Assembly (NCBI GenBank): GCA_021776735.1
Contig: JAJFFH010000041.1
Coordinates: forward strand, 61,553-125,552
Source of the DNA: Planctomycetota bacterium
GTDB lineage: Bacteria > Planctomycetota > PLA2
Direction: 5' to 3'
DNA length: 64,000 bases
Shown here: positions 27,900 to 37,358 of the stretch, in pieces
How the letters are laid out: each line of letters opens with the position of its first letter
Numbering within the stretch: position 1 is the first letter of the stretch
Position numbers and translations under genes: made by a program
Notes under the pieces: model-generated
What the model was told of the DNA's origin: nothing
Seen by the model: only the letters and a program-made list of their open reading frames with translations
Databases searched by the model: none

Positions 27900-29348
27900 A
27901 TGAGACAAACGATCGTTTTCTTCGGCCTCGCGCTGGCCGCGCTGCTGGGCACCGCCCTGGCGACGAGCCACCGCGAAGCCCCGGGCACGACCAAACGCCC
28001 GAAGGTCGACTCGACCGACTTCTACATGTTTCGCAGCTACGAGCCCGGGCGTGAGAACTACGTCACGATCGTGGCGAACTATCAGCCGCTCCAGGAGCCG
28101 GGCGGCGGACCGAACTACTTCTACCTCGATCCGGATGCCCTGTATGAGATCCACATCGACAATGACGGCGATGCCGTCGAGGACCTGACCTTTCAGTTCC
28201 GCTTCAAGAACGACTTCAAGGGCCTGACCGTGCCGGTCGGTCCCGAAGGCGACAAGCAAGACGTCGAGGTCGCGCTGGTCAATATCGGCCCGTTCGGTGC
28301 CGACAGCGACGCCGCGCTCAACGTGATGGAGACGTACTCGCTCACGATGGTCGAAGGTGATCGCCGAACCGGCACCAAGACCGCGCTCACCCACTCGAAC
28401 GGCCAGACCGCGTTCGGCAAGCCGTTCGACAACATCGGCTCAAAGTCGATCCCGGACTACGACGCGTACGCCCAAAAGTTCGTGCACGAGTTCAACCTTC
28501 CTGGCGCATCGATGCCCGGCCGCGTGTTCGTCGGCCAGCGCAAGGACCCCTTCGTCATCGCGCTCGGCGACACGTTCGACCTCGTTAACCTCAACCCGCT
28601 CGGCTCCGAGTCGGGCAACCGCGACACGTTCGCCTGCTACAACGTCACGTCGATCTGCATCGAGCTTCCGATCGGGTTCCTCACGAGCAACGGCGAAGAG
28701 GTCATCGGTGCCTGGACCGCCGCCAGCGTGCGACAGGTCAGCCTCGCCAACCCGAAGCCTTCCAAGAACGGCAAGGGCGCGACGGTCGATGGCGGCGCGT
28801 TCGTGCAGGTCTCGCGCCTGTCCGGCCCGCTCTTCAACGAGCTGCTCGTCGGCCTGCGCGACAAGGACCGCTACAGCGCGGCGGAGCCCAAGGACGACGC
28901 GCAGTTCGACACCTACGTCAACCGCCCGACGCTCCCGACGCTGCTTGAGATTCTCTTCGGCGTGACCGCGCCGACGCTGTTCCCGCGGGCCGACCTGCGC
29001 CAGGGCTTTTTGACCGGCGTGCCCGGCCTGAACCAGCCGGCCAACGTCGTGCCCGGCGAGATGCTGCGTCTTAACACCGCGATCGCACCGACACCGCACG
29101 CCGAGCAGAGACGCCTCGGAGTCCTCGAGGGCGACCTCGCGGGCTTCCCGAACGGCCGCCGCCCCGGTGACGACATCGTCGATATCGTCTTGCGTGTCGC
29201 AATGGGCGTGCTCTTGCCCGAAGACGTGGCCCCCAGTGGCCAGCTTCCGTTCACCGACGGCGCGTTCGCTGACGCGAGCGTCGTCAACCCCGCCTTCCCG
29301 TACCTGAAGACGCCGCTCGCGGGCAACCTTGCGGGCAACAAGGAGTAG
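27900..29348 (+). CDS. DUF4331 domain-containing secreted protein
   Basis: The signal peptide MRQTIVFFGLALAALLGTALA is followed directly by the SHREAP motif that marks the DUF4331 N-terminus. It sits downstream of a divergent ECF sigma/ChrR pair. Confidence 0.75.
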   Translation: MRQTIVFFGLALAALLGTALATSHREAPGTTKRPKVDSTDFYMFRSYEPGRENYVTIVANYQPLQEPGGGPNYFYLDPDALYEIHIDNDGDAVEDLTFQFRFKNDFKGLTVPVGPEGDKQDVEVALVNIGPFGADSDAALNVMETYSLTMVEGDRRTGTKTALTHSNGQTAFGKPFDNIGSKSIPDYDAYAQKFVHEFNLPGASMPGRVFVGQRKDPFVIALGDTFDLVNLNPLGSESGNRDTFACYNVTSICIELPIGFLTSNGEEVIGAWTAASVRQVSLANPKPSKNGKGATVDGGAFVQVSRLSGPLFNELLVGLRDKDRYSAAEPKDDAQFDTYVNRPTLPTLLEILFGVTAPTLFPRADLRQGFLTGVPGLNQPANVVPGEMLRLNTAIAPTPHAEQRRLGVLEGDLAGFPNGRRPGDDIVDIVLRVAMGVLLPEDVAPSGQLPFTDGAFADASVVNPAFPYLKTPLAGNLAGNKE

Positions 29349-29350
29349 CC

Positions 29351-29569
29351 GTGAAAAAGCTCGCCCTTCTTCTCGCTCTCGCCGCCGCCGGATGCAGCTC
29401 CGGCGGCGGCGCCCAAGCCCCCAACGGGCAGGCGACACAGGTCAGCCTCCCGCAGTTTGTCCGCGATCTGGTCGCCGCGACCGCTGACGACACCGACCCC
29501 GTCGACCTCACCAACGTCGAGGTCCTCGACATCGACACCCTGGACGACTTCTCGGACCTCTTGCAATGA
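29351..29569 (+). CDS. small acidic lipoprotein
   Basis: The GTG start sits 3 nt after the DUF4331 stop. MKKLALLLALAAAGCSSGG carries a lipobox. It is 72 aa. Confidence 0.45.
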   Translation: MKKLALLLALAAAGCSSGGGAQAPNGQATQVSLPQFVRDLVAATADDTDPVDLTNVEVLDIDTLDDFSDLLQ

Positions 29570-30405
29570 CCCGAGTCGTCGTCCTGCTCCTTCTGGCCGT
29601 TCCCGCACTCCCCCACGAGTTCTGGATCGAGCCGGACCAATTCAACACCGAGCCGGGCCAGTTGGTCCGGCTCGGACTTCGGGTAGGCGACGGCTATCCC
29701 GGCGAAGCCTACGCCCGCAACCCGCGTCACGTCCGCCGTTTTTTTGTCCGCGAGGCGGGCCAGGACATCGCTGTCCCGGGCCGACCCGGTGCCAACCCCG
29801 CGGGAGCCGTCAGGCTGACGCGTCCCGGCCTCGCGGTCGTCGGCTACCGCAGCCACGCGACCCGCATCGAACTCCCGGCCAAGAAGTTCAACGCCTACCT
29901 TGCCGAAGAGGGCCTGACCCAAATCATCGCCGTCCGTAAGCTACGGGGCGAACTGAACAAACCCGGACGGGAGCTGTTCTCGCGCTGCGCGAAATCACTG
30001 ATCGCCTGCGGGCACGGCAAGGGCCTCGACCAACGCCTCGGACTCGAGCTCGAACTCGTCGCCGACGCCAACCCGGTCCGCATGCTCGCAGGCGCCACAC
30101 TCCCGGTGCGGCTGTTCTTAAAAGGCAAGCCGCTCCCACGCGCGCTCGTCCTCGCGTTCCGCCATGGCGAGTCGAAGCCGGCGCTTCGAGTGCGCACCGA
30201 CAAGGCCGGCCGCGCCCGGCTCGACCTTTCCGGCGGCCGCTGGCTGATCAGCGCGGTCCACATGCGCCCGGCGGCCAAGGGGTCGAACGCGGACTGGGAG
30301 AGCCTCTGGGCATCCCTGACGTTTCAGCGCAAGGCGAAGCGGAAGAAACCTGCGAAGCGCGAAAACCCAGCGAAGCGCGAAAAACCGCGGGCGAAAGCAA
30401 ATTAG
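29566..30405 (+). CDS. DUF4198-like periplasmic protein
   Basis: The start overlaps the upstream stop (ATGA). After the signal peptide, the HEFWIEPDQF start is typical of DUF4198 proteins. The lysine-rich C-terminal tail is KAKRKKPAKRENPAKREKPRAKAN. Confidence 0.55.
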   Translation: MTRVVVLLLLAVPALPHEFWIEPDQFNTEPGQLVRLGLRVGDGYPGEAYARNPRHVRRFFVREAGQDIAVPGRPGANPAGAVRLTRPGLAVVGYRSHATRIELPAKKFNAYLAEEGLTQIIAVRKLRGELNKPGRELFSRCAKSLIACGHGKGLDQRLGLELELVADANPVRMLAGATLPVRLFLKGKPLPRALVLAFRHGESKPALRVRTDKAGRARLDLSGGRWLISAVHMRPAAKGSNADWESLWASLTFQRKAKRKKPAKRENPAKREKPRAKAN

Positions 30406-30516
30406 GGAGGCGGGGGCAGTCGCCGCGCGAATAATGGCCTTCGGCAGCGGGTAGAGCCGCACGAGTCCACCCGTTGGGGGTGGTTCCAGCGATAATGCTC
30501 GCTGCCGGAGGGACGC

Positions 30517-31083
30517 GTGGAACATAACGTCTATCTATACAGCGCTTGGGTTGGCTGCACGCTGATCGTTGCCCAGGTCGTTCTCCAGGTCTTCGGGATC
30601 ATGGACGACACCGACGTGGATACCGGCGCCGATGCCGCGGACACCGGCATGGGTGACGCAGGACATGACGGGCACGGCAACCTCTTCTTCGGCATCCTGT
30701 CGTTCAAGACCCTGTCCGCGTTCGCCGGATTCTTCGGCCTCACCGGCCTCGCCCTGATCGACGCCGGTTGGGGCCTCGCCGCGCGTGTCGCCGGTTCGAT
30801 CGGCGCGGGTTTCGCCAGCATGGTCGTCATCGGTTGGCTGATGCGCAGCCTGTCGCGCCTGAACGCATCCGGCACCGTCCAGATCGCCAACGCCGTTGGA
30901 TGCGCTGCGACTGTCTATTTGCGCATCCCGGCAGGCAAGGAAGGACTCGGCAAGGTCACGGTGGAGTTGCAGGGCCGGAGCCTGGAACTACCGGCGCTGA
31001 CGGACGGCGAGGCCATCGAAACCGGCCGCCGCGTGCGCGTGGTCGCCGCGGACGGCAGCACCCTCACCGTGGAACCCGCTTGA
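30517..31083 (+). CDS. NfeD-like membrane protein (OB-fold partner of SPFH proteins)
   Basis: TM helices (ALIDAGWGLAARVAGSIGAGFASMVVIGWL) are followed by a C-terminal beta-barrel, GKVTVELQGRSLELPALTDGEAIETGRRVRVVAADGSTLTVEP. It is immediately upstream of a flotillin gene. Confidence 0.7.
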   Translation: MEHNVYLYSAWVGCTLIVAQVVLQVFGIMDDTDVDTGADAADTGMGDAGHDGHGNLFFGILSFKTLSAFAGFFGLTGLALIDAGWGLAARVAGSIGAGFASMVVIGWLMRSLSRLNASGTVQIANAVGCAATVYLRIPAGKEGLGKVTVELQGRSLELPALTDGEAIETGRRVRVVAADGSTLTVEPA

Positions 31084-31153
31084 AGCGCAACATCGGCCTC
31101 ACGCCCGCGACGCCGGGAGCACGACGAAGGTCTAAGAAAGGGAGGAACCAGAC

Positions 31154-32848
31154 ATGAATTTGGCCTATTTGCTCGCAGCCGCGCCCGAGACGGGTGTGCT
31201 GATCGCCGCGTTTGCCGCGATCGTTTTCTTCAGTTTCGTCATCCTGATCGTCAAGCGCTACAAGCGCTGTCCCTCCAATAAGATCCTCGTGGTCTACGGC
31301 AAGGTGGCCGGCAGCGAGGTCGCCCACACGGTTCACGGCGGCGGCGCGTTCGTCTGGCCGGTCATCCAGGACTACGAGTATCTCGACCTCGATCCGCGCC
31401 AGATCGAAATCCCGCTCAAGGGCGCGCTGTCGCTGGAGAACATCCGGGTCAACGTGCCGTCGGTGTTCACGGTCGCGATCGGAACCGAGCCGGCATTCAT
31501 GCAAAACGCGGCGGTCCGCCTGCTCAGGCTGCGCCCGCAAGAAATCGAAGCGCAGGCCCGCGACATCATCTTTGGACAGCTTCGCCAAGTGATCGCCTCG
31601 ATGCGGATCGAGGAGATTAACCGCGATCGCGACTCGTTCTTGTCTTCGATCCAGGAGTCGCTCGAGCCCGAGCTCAAAAAGATCGGCCTGCTCCTGATCA
31701 ACGTGAACATCACGGACATCACGGACGACTCCGGCTACATCGAGGCGATCGGCCGCAAAGCCGCGTCCACGGCCATCCAGCAGGCGGAGATCGACGTCGC
31801 CGAGCAAAAGAAGAAGGGTGCGGTCGGGATCGCGAAAGCCAACCGGGAAAAGGACATCGATGTCGCGATCGCGCAAAAGGAACGCGACATCGGCACGAAG
31901 GACGCCGACAAGGAACGCGTGATCCAGGTCGCGAACATGGAACGCGACGCCCGGATCGGCGAGGAGCGCGCGAACGCGGAACGCGACGCGCAGATCGCGG
32001 ACGCGGAGCGCGGGAAGCGCGTCGCGGTCGCGGAGGCGAACGCCACGGCCACCGAGGGCGAGAACGTCGCGCAGGCCAAGGTCGCCGAGGCCAACGCCGA
32101 GCTCGCGGTCAAGCGCGCCGAGGCGTACGAACGCGGCGAGACGAGAAAGCGCGTCGCCGAGGCCAACGTCCTAAAGGCGCAGTATGAGGCGCAGGCCGAA
32201 GCCGCACGCTCCGAAAAGGAGAAGGTCGAGGCCGAGAAAATGGCCGAGCTCGTCGCGGTCGCCAACGCGCAAAAGGCGCGCGTCACGGTCGATGCGGAGG
32301 CGGAAGCCGACAAGCGCCGCATTCACGCCGAGGGCGAGGCGAAGGCGATCTACGCGAAACTCGAAGCCGAGGCACGTGGCCAGTTCGAAATCCTCCAGAA
32401 GAAGGGTTTGGGCTTCGCCGAGATCGTCGCGGCCTGCGGCGACTCGCAGTCGGCGTTCCAGATGCTGATGCTCGAGCACATCGACAAGCTGTCCGAGACC
32501 GCGGCGCAGGCGATCAGCAACATCAAGTTCGACAAGATCGTCGTGTGGGACGGCGGCGCGGGCGGCGCAGGCGGCACCGACGGCAAGAGCGCCACGGCCG
32601 GCTTTCTGTCCAACCTCGCCGGCAGCCTGCCTCCCATGCTGCACATGATGCGCGACATCGGCGGCGTCGAGATGCCCGAGTACTTCGCCAAGATGGTCGA
32701 GGCCAAGGAGAAGGAGAAGGAAAACGAACAGACAGGAACGGACGGCGATGCCTCCAAGGACGCGACCAAAAAGCCGGACGGCGGCGGCTCCGGAGGCCGC
32801 AAGTCCAGAAAACGCGGCGGCAGAGACCCGGAAACGCCCAACGTCTAA
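31154..32848 (+). CDS. flotillin-like SPFH/band-7 protein (FloT/YqiK type)
   Basis: An N-terminal TM is followed by an SPFH domain (ILVVYGKVAGSEVAHTVHGGGAFVWPVIQDYEYLDLDPRQIEI...). A long Ala/Glu/Lys/Arg coiled-coil flotillin region (EAERGKRVAVAEANATATEGENVAQAKVAEANAELAVKRAEA) follows. Confidence 0.9.
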   Translation: MNLAYLLAAAPETGVLIAAFAAIVFFSFVILIVKRYKRCPSNKILVVYGKVAGSEVAHTVHGGGAFVWPVIQDYEYLDLDPRQIEIPLKGALSLENIRVNVPSVFTVAIGTEPAFMQNAAVRLLRLRPQEIEAQARDIIFGQLRQVIASMRIEEINRDRDSFLSSIQESLEPELKKIGLLLINVNITDITDDSGYIEAIGRKAASTAIQQAEIDVAEQKKKGAVGIAKANREKDIDVAIAQKERDIGTKDADKERVIQVANMERDARIGEERANAERDAQIADAERGKRVAVAEANATATEGENVAQAKVAEANAELAVKRAEAYERGETRKRVAEANVLKAQYEAQAEAARSEKEKVEAEKMAELVAVANAQKARVTVDAEAEADKRRIHAEGEAKAIYAKLEAEARGQFEILQKKGLGFAEIVAACGDSQSAFQMLMLEHIDKLSETAAQAISNIKFDKIVVWDGGAGGAGGTDGKSATAGFLSNLAGSLPPMLHMMRDIGGVEMPEYFAKMVEAKEKEKENEQTGTDGDASKDATKKPDGGGSGGRKSRKRGGRDPETPNV

Positions 32849-32952
32849 CCGGCCCCCGCCCCCGCTCCTCCCCGCCCCCCCAACCCGGTTTCAACGCGCC
32901 CGTCGCTTCCGCGGCGGGCGCTTCTCTTTTGCTTGTCGGGTACGCTGCGCGC

Positions 32953-33387
32953 ATGGCGAAGCTTGAGCGCATCTGGATCAAGAGAACGGACAAGAGTCCG
33001 CGCATGGACCCGCGCGACCGCGCGACGATGGTGACCGACTACGGTCTCGAGGGCAACGCCGACCACGGCGGCAAGCGGCAGATTACGATCCTGTCGGCGG
33101 AACGCTGGGCGGAGGCTGTGCGCGGTCTTGCCGCCGATCTCGATCCCGTGCTGCGCCACGCCAATCTCCTGGTGTCGGACATCGATCTCGAAGACAGCTG
33201 CGGCCGCACACTGCGCGTCGGCAACTGCCGCATCGAGATTCTCGGCGAGACCAAGCCGTGCAGCTTCATGGACCAGCAACACGCGGGTCTGCTCGACGCG
33301 CTTAAGCCGCATTGGGGCGGCGGCTGCTACGGCAAGGCACTCGACGACGGCGACATCCACGCCGGCGACGCCGTCGCCTGGGAGTAG
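32953..33387 (+). CDS. MOSC domain-containing protein
   Basis: The start is trimmed to MAKLERIWIKR. HGGKRQITILSAERW...RVGNCRIEILGETKPCSFM matches the MOSC beta-barrel with its conserved Cys. Confidence 0.65.
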   Translation: MAKLERIWIKRTDKSPRMDPRDRATMVTDYGLEGNADHGGKRQITILSAERWAEAVRGLAADLDPVLRHANLLVSDIDLEDSCGRTLRVGNCRIEILGETKPCSFMDQQHAGLLDALKPHWGGGCYGKALDDGDIHAGDAVAWE

Positions 33388-33668
33388 CAACCTCGCGCGC
33401 GACCATCGCACCGGGCACTTTCGTGTCCCGTTTATTTGAGATCGCATTTGCGTGCAGGGTGCCCAGTGATAACCAATACCTGGCGGCGCACAGTAAACCC
33501 CATTCCCCTTCTACGATCCCCTGTCGCGCGTCGCCGTTGCTCCGACATTCCCGTTCCGGCTCGCTGTTCCCCAGTAATGTGGGGACGGCCCTCCCATGGC
33601 CGACTCCTACACCGGAACGGAACAACCGGCTCCGTCGTCATTTTGCACTCTTGGCGGCGGGGCCACCT

Positions 33669-33697
33669 TTCATTTGCCGGCATGGCCGGCAAATGAA
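33669..33697. promoter_or_regulatory. perfect 13-bp inverted repeat with 3-bp spacer (operator-like palindrome)
   Basis: TTCATTTGCCGGC-ATG-GCCGGCAAATGAA lies in the 715-bp lower-GC region upstream of the PilX-like gene. No U-tract follows, so it is not an intrinsic terminator. Confidence 0.45.
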
Positions 33698-33884
33698 TAG
33701 CGGTTGGGGCGTCCCCGCGCATGCGGACCCGAGCGGATCCGTACTGAGCGACCCCTCCCGACGTCGAACCGAACGCATGAAATGAGAGCGATTGACAAGC
33801 CGCGCGGTCATCAGTCATCCGCAGGCACGGGGGTTGTTCGACGGCCCGCATCGCACGCGGGCGGGTGGTTCGTCCGCCCCGCTA

Positions 33885-33911
33885 GAAATCGTCGCGCAGC
33901 GCGACGATTTC
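33885..33911. promoter_or_regulatory. perfect 13-bp inverted repeat with 1-bp spacer (operator-like palindrome / RNA hairpin)
   Basis: GAAATCGTCGCGC-A-GCGCGACGATTTC is directly abutted by a copy of the genome-wide motif (ATCGCCGTCCGTTTGC, 33912-33926). It lies 190 bp upstream of the PilX-like gene start. Confidence 0.45.
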
Positions 33912-34103
33912 ATCGCCGTCCGTTTGCTGCCTCGGATCTCCGTCCCCACCGAACCCTATCAGGACGTGATTTCTTGGCGGCCCACTTGCCTTCGTCATAC
34001 CCAGTGCTAAGCCTTACCTGGAAACACACAGTATTGGATCCGGCACTGTTGTCTCGCTTCGGGACGGTCGGATCCGCCTAGGAAGAACACACGAATCGAC
34101 ACC

Positions 34104-36347
34104 ATGCACGAGACCCGATTTATCCGCCGCGGCGGAGCCCGACACTCGCAGCGGGGCACGATTCTGGGTGTGGTCCTGTTTATCGCAACCGCCGTCGCGG
34201 CGCTTGCGGCGATCACGTCCGGACGCGTCGTCACCGAGACGAAGATGCAACGCACGCTGGAGCAGGAGACGCGCGCCTACAGCGAGGCGTACGCCCAGCT
34301 TCAGATGGCCCTCAACGTCGTGAATACGAGCGCGTACAACGACAACAACGAAAACCTGGAACTCAAGTCCTCGATCGAAGGCGGGCACGGCGGCACCGCC
34401 GGCACCGGGGAGGGCGAGAAAGTTGCCGAATGGCTGCAGGACCCCGAAGGAGTCGTGCACGGCAAGATTCGCGGCACCGACGTGCGCGTCTATCGCGGCA
34501 AGGACTACCTGAAGCGGCTCGCCGACCTGAAGGACAAGCCGGTGGGCAACGTCGATCCGGACAACGACTCGCGGTCGTACTACGTCCTTGAGGCCGCTGG
34601 CCGGTCGGGCCGCACGACACGGCTCGTTTCCGCCCTCGTGCGCGAGAACCAGCCGTTCAGCTCGTTCGTGTTTTTCCAGAACCGCCATCCGCTTGGCGTG
34701 TCCGGCGCGCCCCGCGGGTTGATTCACAGCAACGACGCCTTGGCGTTCTACTTCCCGAACGGGGACTACACCGACGGCGTTTCGGCGGTCAACGGTTTCG
34801 AGTACGAGGCCGGCGCGACCCAGGGGAACACGTCGATCAACGACGGCAACCCCGAGGCCACCGAGATCAGGCTGGACGAGGCCGACTTCGACGAGCTCAA
34901 GACCAAGGCCGACCTGTTCGTGGGCGACACGGACCTCGACGCCGACATGAAGCTCTACGACGACGGACGCGTCCGAATCCGCCAGTACACGCAGCCGCGC
35001 TGGGAGCAGATCGAGCGCACCTACGAATACGAGGTGATCACCGGCTACGAGACGGACACGGTCACCGAGACCCAGCAGGTGCAGGTCGGCACGACCACCG
35101 AGACGCGCACGCGCACGGTCCAGACCGGCACGACCACCGAGGAGTATGAGTACACCTACCAGGTGCAGGTCGGCACGACCACCGAGACGCGCACGCGCAC
35201 GGTCCAGACCGGCACGGTCACCGAGGAGCGCACGCGCCAGGTTCCGATCTACGACACCCGCACCGTCACCTGCACGCGCCAGGTGCGCATCTTCGTCCCC
35301 TACGACGATGGCAGCGGCGGCACGGCGGTCGGCGGCGGCGCGGAAGGCGTCGCGGGCGAGTACCAGTGGGTCACGGAAGAGTACGAGTGCGAAGAGACCT
35401 ACATCTCCGGCTACGAAACCGAGACCTACACGGTCGAGGTTCCCGTCTACGAGGAAGAGACCTACACGGTCGAGGTCCCCGTCTACGAGGACCGCACCGA
35501 GACACGCACGCGCGAAGTTCCCGTCTACGAGGAAGAGACCTACGAGGTCGAGGTTCCCGTCTACGAGGAGCAGGAGGTCCAGGTCGAGCAGGAGTCGCCG
35601 ATCTACGAGACCCGCGAGTACACCTACTTCGAGTGGCAGCACTTCCCGCCGGAACTCCAGTCAACCGACTGGGTCACGATTCCCGAGAAGGGCGGCACGA
35701 TCTACATCGAGGGCCGCATCACGAAGCTGCGCGGCGAACTCAACGGCCGCCTGACCATCGTCGGCAACGAGAAGGTGCGCGTCACCGGCAGCATCCAGTA
35801 CGTCGATGACGACGGTGACGCCGCCATGGTCAACGGCGACGACTACGGCCAGGAGTACGGCCGCAACTCGGACTACAACGGCCACAGCGTGCTCGGCGTC
35901 ATCGCCCGCGACGACATCCTGTTCACGCACAACATGCCGAGGAACGCGGAGATCAACGCGACGCTCCTGTCCGCGACCGGCCGCGTCGGCATCTCCGGCT
36001 TCGAAATCTCCGAGGACGGCGAGCCGGTCAAGAACCACTACTACGGCCTCGAGTGGGAAGAAACCCTCGTCGAGGCTGCGTACGACTACACAGACTACAA
36101 GACCAAGACGTTCCGCAAGGACTCGCTCCGACGCCTCGGCGGCATCGTCTCGAACGACCGCATCCTCGAAACGTTCATTGGACAGCGAAACGACGGCACG
36201 GCATTCGTCGACGCCGGCTTCAAGCGAGGCCGCATGCGTTACGACTACAACCTGCTGTTCAACCCGCCGCCCAACTTCGTCGAGGTCCCGCGGCCGGTCG
36301 TCACCTCGATCGTCCCGATCTACTTCGTCCGCAATGGCGACGACTAG
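34104..36347 (+). CDS. PilX-N-like (type IV pilus minor-pilin-like N-terminus) large repetitive surface protein
   Basis: The N-terminal anchor QRGTILGVVLFIATAVAALAAITSGRVVTETKMQRTLEQETRAYSEAYAQLQMAL resembles the PilX_N / pseudopilin helix. The central part has tandem repeats (QVQVGTTTETRTRTVQTGT twice, ETYTVEVPVYEE x3-4). The C-terminal domain is acidic and Tyr-rich. Confidence 0.55.
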   Translation: MHETRFIRRGGARHSQRGTILGVVLFIATAVAALAAITSGRVVTETKMQRTLEQETRAYSEAYAQLQMALNVVNTSAYNDNNENLELKSSIEGGHGGTAGTGEGEKVAEWLQDPEGVVHGKIRGTDVRVYRGKDYLKRLADLKDKPVGNVDPDNDSRSYYVLEAAGRSGRTTRLVSALVRENQPFSSFVFFQNRHPLGVSGAPRGLIHSNDALAFYFPNGDYTDGVSAVNGFEYEAGATQGNTSINDGNPEATEIRLDEADFDELKTKADLFVGDTDLDADMKLYDDGRVRIRQYTQPRWEQIERTYEYEVITGYETDTVTETQQVQVGTTTETRTRTVQTGTTTEEYEYTYQVQVGTTTETRTRTVQTGTVTEERTRQVPIYDTRTVTCTRQVRIFVPYDDGSGGTAVGGGAEGVAGEYQWVTEEYECEETYISGYETETYTVEVPVYEEETYTVEVPVYEDRTETRTREVPVYEEETYEVEVPVYEEQEVQVEQESPIYETREYTYFEWQHFPPELQSTDWVTIPEKGGTIYIEGRITKLRGELNGRLTIVGNEKVRVTGSIQYVDDDGDAAMVNGDDYGQEYGRNSDYNGHSVLGVIARDDILFTHNMPRNAEINATLLSATGRVGISGFEISEDGEPVKNHYYGLEWEETLVEAAYDYTDYKTKTFRKDSLRRLGGIVSNDRILETFIGQRNDGTAFVDAGFKRGRMRYDYNLLFNPPPNFVEVPRPVVTSIVPIYFVRNGDD
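35076..35216 (+). repeat. intragenic tandem duplication (84-nt period, 57 nt identical) inside the PilX-like gene
   Basis: CAGGTGCAGGTCGGCACGACCACCGAGACGCGCACGCGCACGGTCCAGACCGGCACG occurs at 35076-35132 and again at 35160-35216, encoding QVQVGTTTETRTRTVQTGT twice. GAGACCTACACGGTCGAGGT(T/C)CCCGTCTACGAGGA repeats at 35401-35580. Confidence 0.85.
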
Positions 36348-36475
36348 ATCATCCAATCCCCAGATTCCCCGATTCGCAGATTCCCCGGCGGGCGGCCCAA
36401 GAGGTCGCCCGCCTTTTTTCGTTTGAAGGGCACTCGGAGACAGCAAACGGACGGCGATTTTCTACAATTTCCGCG

Positions 36476-37354
36476 ATGATCCAGCTCAATCGTCTGGAGG
36501 GCTTTTATTGGGTCGCCAAAACCGGCGGCTACGCCAAGGCCGCCCGAGCGTTTCCCTATCCCATTACGCAGCCCGCCGTCTACCAACAGGTGAAGAAGCT
36601 CGAGGCCGAGGTCGGCGTGGCGCTGTTCGAGCGAGCGGGCAAGGACACGATCCTGCTCACGCCCGCCGGTCGCAAGCTCCACGAATTCGTCGAGCCGTTT
36701 TTTGCGGAACTCAAGGCGCTGACCCGCGCGCTGCGCGCCGGCGATCTCGGCGGCGAACTGCGCGTCCAGGCGTCGGCGCTGTTCTTGCGACATCTCATGC
36801 CGGCGTGGATCCGCCGCCTCGCGCGGCGCTCGCCGCAGGTGCGGATCGACCTGCAGGAGCTTCCCGAGCGCGGTCCGGACCCGCTTCGAAGCGGCGACAC
36901 GGACCTCGTCGTCACCTATCTGGACGAGGATCGACCCGGCGTCGAGACCCGCCACATCGCCGATCTGCATGCGTTTTTGGTCCTGCCCGCAGACCATCGG
37001 CTCGCGGAACGAAAACAGCCGCGCCTGCGCGACCTCGCCGGCGACCCGTTTGTCGGCTTCACCCCGGGAACCCTGCCGCACGAACTCCAACTCGAGGAAC
37101 TCGCACGGCACGGTGTGGTTCCGCAGCGCACGATCAACGCCAGCTCGGCCGACACGATCCTGGGCTTTGTCGAGTCGGGCGTCGGCTACTCGCTGGTGCC
37201 GTCACTGCGTGAGGACGGCCCACGTCTGCGCGGAGTCGTCGCCAAGCGACTCACCGGCAAGCGCCACCGCTATCCGGTGTACGCCGCCTGGCGCGAGAGC
37301 TCGAACGAAAACCCGCTCATCACCGCCGCGCTCGCCGTTGCGCCGACTCCGTAA
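36476..37354 (+). CDS. LysR-family transcriptional regulator
   Basis: The start is trimmed to MIQLNRLEGFYWVAKTGGYAKAARAFPYPITQPAVYQQVKKLEAEVGVALFER, a LysR HTH. A LysR substrate-binding domain follows. Confidence 0.85.
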   Translation: MIQLNRLEGFYWVAKTGGYAKAARAFPYPITQPAVYQQVKKLEAEVGVALFERAGKDTILLTPAGRKLHEFVEPFFAELKALTRALRAGDLGGELRVQASALFLRHLMPAWIRRLARRSPQVRIDLQELPERGPDPLRSGDTDLVVTYLDEDRPGVETRHIADLHAFLVLPADHRLAERKQPRLRDLAGDPFVGFTPGTLPHELQLEELARHGVVPQRTINASSADTILGFVESGVGYSLVPSLREDGPRLRGVVAKRLTGKRHRYPVYAAWRESSNENPLITAALAVAPTP

Positions 37355-37358
37355 CGGT

